Source of the DNA: Octopus sinensis
Taxonomy: Eukaryota
Length of the DNA: 64,000 bases
Reading direction: 5' to 3'
Assembly: GCF_006345805.1 (NCBI RefSeq)
Contig: NC_043000.1
Location: 103,850,001 to 103,914,000 of the forward strand
Shown: in pieces, positions 62,157 to 64,000 of the stretch
How positions within the stretch are numbered: the first letter of the stretch is position 1
Layout of the letters: the number at the start of each line of letters is the position of its first letter
Program-made: the position numbers and the translations under genes
Notes under the pieces: model-generated
Told to the model about the DNA's origin: nothing
What the model saw: the letters and a program-made list of their open reading frames with translations, nothing else
Databases searched by the model: none

Positions 62157-63099
62157 CAGAGTGATTCTCACGAGACACAGCAAAATTTGTTTCAACATAT
62201 GATTTCACATCAAGATTCTTGCAAACCAAATCCATAAACAAAACTTAAAAAGATAATTCTTATTCCATACACCATACACATTTGTTTATAAAATAATGTA
62301 TGTGTGTTTGCGCGCGCGCACACACATACACACACGCACACATCATTACATAGATTTAATTCATATAATATTTAGGATATAAGTGTCAACTTCTATGGTA
62401 ATGTTTGTGTATGTTGAATGTTGCGTGTATCTACACGTATGAGTGTCCCTGCGACTTATGCATAACTAATGTGTATTTGTAAATAATACCATATATTTCT
62501 CTGTACATATAAGTGTATTTATGATATAAGACTTTTGTGACTTTTGTAGGATTGCAACTCGTTGTACCCTATAATCTTTTAATTTCTTTGAATTGTTATC
62601 ATGTTCAATCCGGGTTGGAGAGATGAAAGAGAAGGGGAGAGAGAGAGAGAGAAAGAGAGAGACAGATGTATGAATGGTAAACATTACATGTGTATGTAGG
62701 GGTACATGTGCAGGAGAGACAGAGACGAGACAGAGGAAGAATGAAAGATGATTGAGCGAGAGAAGAATATATATTTTATAACATACAACAAATATATCTT
62801 TTCATGATAAATGTACTTTTTCTGTAATTCAATTTATTTGTAAATATTTTGTTTATTTTGTCTTGATATGTTGCTGCTTCTAAATATCACGGGCATTGCT
62901 ACCTTGTCTAACACAAGGAGGACGGCATACCTGCACAAGTGTGCCCCTTCTGCCGAATTTGTTTCTGCATATCTTTTAGGAAAATGAATATTTTTTAATG
63001 AAATTTTCTAAAATTACCTTTCAGATGGTGTAGATTACGATTATATAGGAATTTAATGCTTAAAAAAATAGTGGGGGCGCGCTACTGATATACTCTTTT

Positions 63100-63886
63100 A
63101 TTCCTTTTTACTCTTTTACTTGTTTCAGTCATTTGACTGCGGCCATGCTGGAGCACCGCCTTTTTTCTTTAGTCTAGCAAATCGACCCCAGGACTTATTC
63201 TTTGGAAGCCTAGTACTTATTCTAACGGTCCCTTTAGCCGAACCGCTAAGTTACGGGGACGTAAACGCACCACCATCGTTAGTCAAGCGATGTTGGGGGA
63301 CAAACACAGAAACACACACACACACACACACACGCGTGTGTGTGTGGTAAGTAGCTTGCTTACCAGCCACATAGTTCCGGGTTCAGTCCCACTGCGTGGG
63401 ACCTTGGGCAAGTGTCTCTTACTATAGCCTCGGGTCGACCAAAGCCTTCTGAGTGGATTTGGTAGACGGAAACTGAAAGAAGCCCGTCGTATATATGTAT
63501 ATATATGTGTCTGTGTTTGTCCCCCAACATCGCTTGACAACCGATGCTGGTGTGATTACGTCTCCGTAACTTAGCGGTTCGGCAAAAGAGACCGATAGAA
63601 TAAGTACTAGGCTTACAAAGAATAAGTCCCGGGGGTCGATTTCCTCGACTAAAGGCGGTGCTCCAGCATGGCCGCAGTCAAATGACTGAAACAAGTAAAA
63701 GAGTAAAAGAGAGTAAAGAGTATATATACGACAGGCTTCTTTCAGTTTCCATCTACCAAATCCACTTACAAGGCTTTGGTCGGCCCGAGGCTATAGAAGA
63801 AGACGCTTGCCCAAGGTGCCACGTAGTGAGAATGAACTCGGAACCATGAGGTTGGTAAGCAAGCTACTTACCACACAGCCACTCCG
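63100..63886. mobile_element. Nested SINEs: a + copy (~63340-63720) inside the internal microsatellite of a - copy (63100-63335 plus 63725-63886)
   Basis: The 3' half and 5' half of a minus-strand copy flank a nearly complete plus-strand copy of the same family. Confidence 0.8.
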
Positions 63887-64000
63887 TCATATTTTCTGCA
63901 AAATTTCAAGCTCCATTTTGTAGAGGTATACATTGTACGCGCTTACCATTATTCTTTATTTCTACATTAAATTCCAAAAGAAACGTAGCCTACACCATCT

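Overview
AT-rich, microsatellite-dense animal genomic DNA. The tRNA-derived SINE families and overall texture look cephalopod (Octopus-like); this is an inference, not a database result. Two host genes are supported: a 5-exon ribulose-5-phosphate 3-epimerase (RPE, + strand, 10916-19648, 231 aa) and a single-ORF class B (secretin-family) GPCR with atypical activation motifs (60162-61379). Mobile DNA dominates the window: a young, full-length but mutated Ty3/Gypsy element (2990-9107; 823-bp LTRs, GATG target duplication, tRNA-Trp primer site, -1 slippery site), a 5'-truncated Penelope-like element with an open GIY-YIG ORF and a hammerhead ribozyme, decayed RTE and R4/Dong LINEs, mariner/pogo relics, MITEs and many SINEs. 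The most striking unexplained structure is about ten largely sequence-unrelated fold-back or short elements lying in or beside (TA)n/(CATA)n microsatellites. Most carry a type-I hammerhead ribozyme core with a short palindromic stem III, including non-canonical cores (CCGAnGA, GTGAACA). They look like a diverse Penelope-derived ribozyme/hairpin mini-element system. All alignments were done by eye, so repeat boundaries are approximate.
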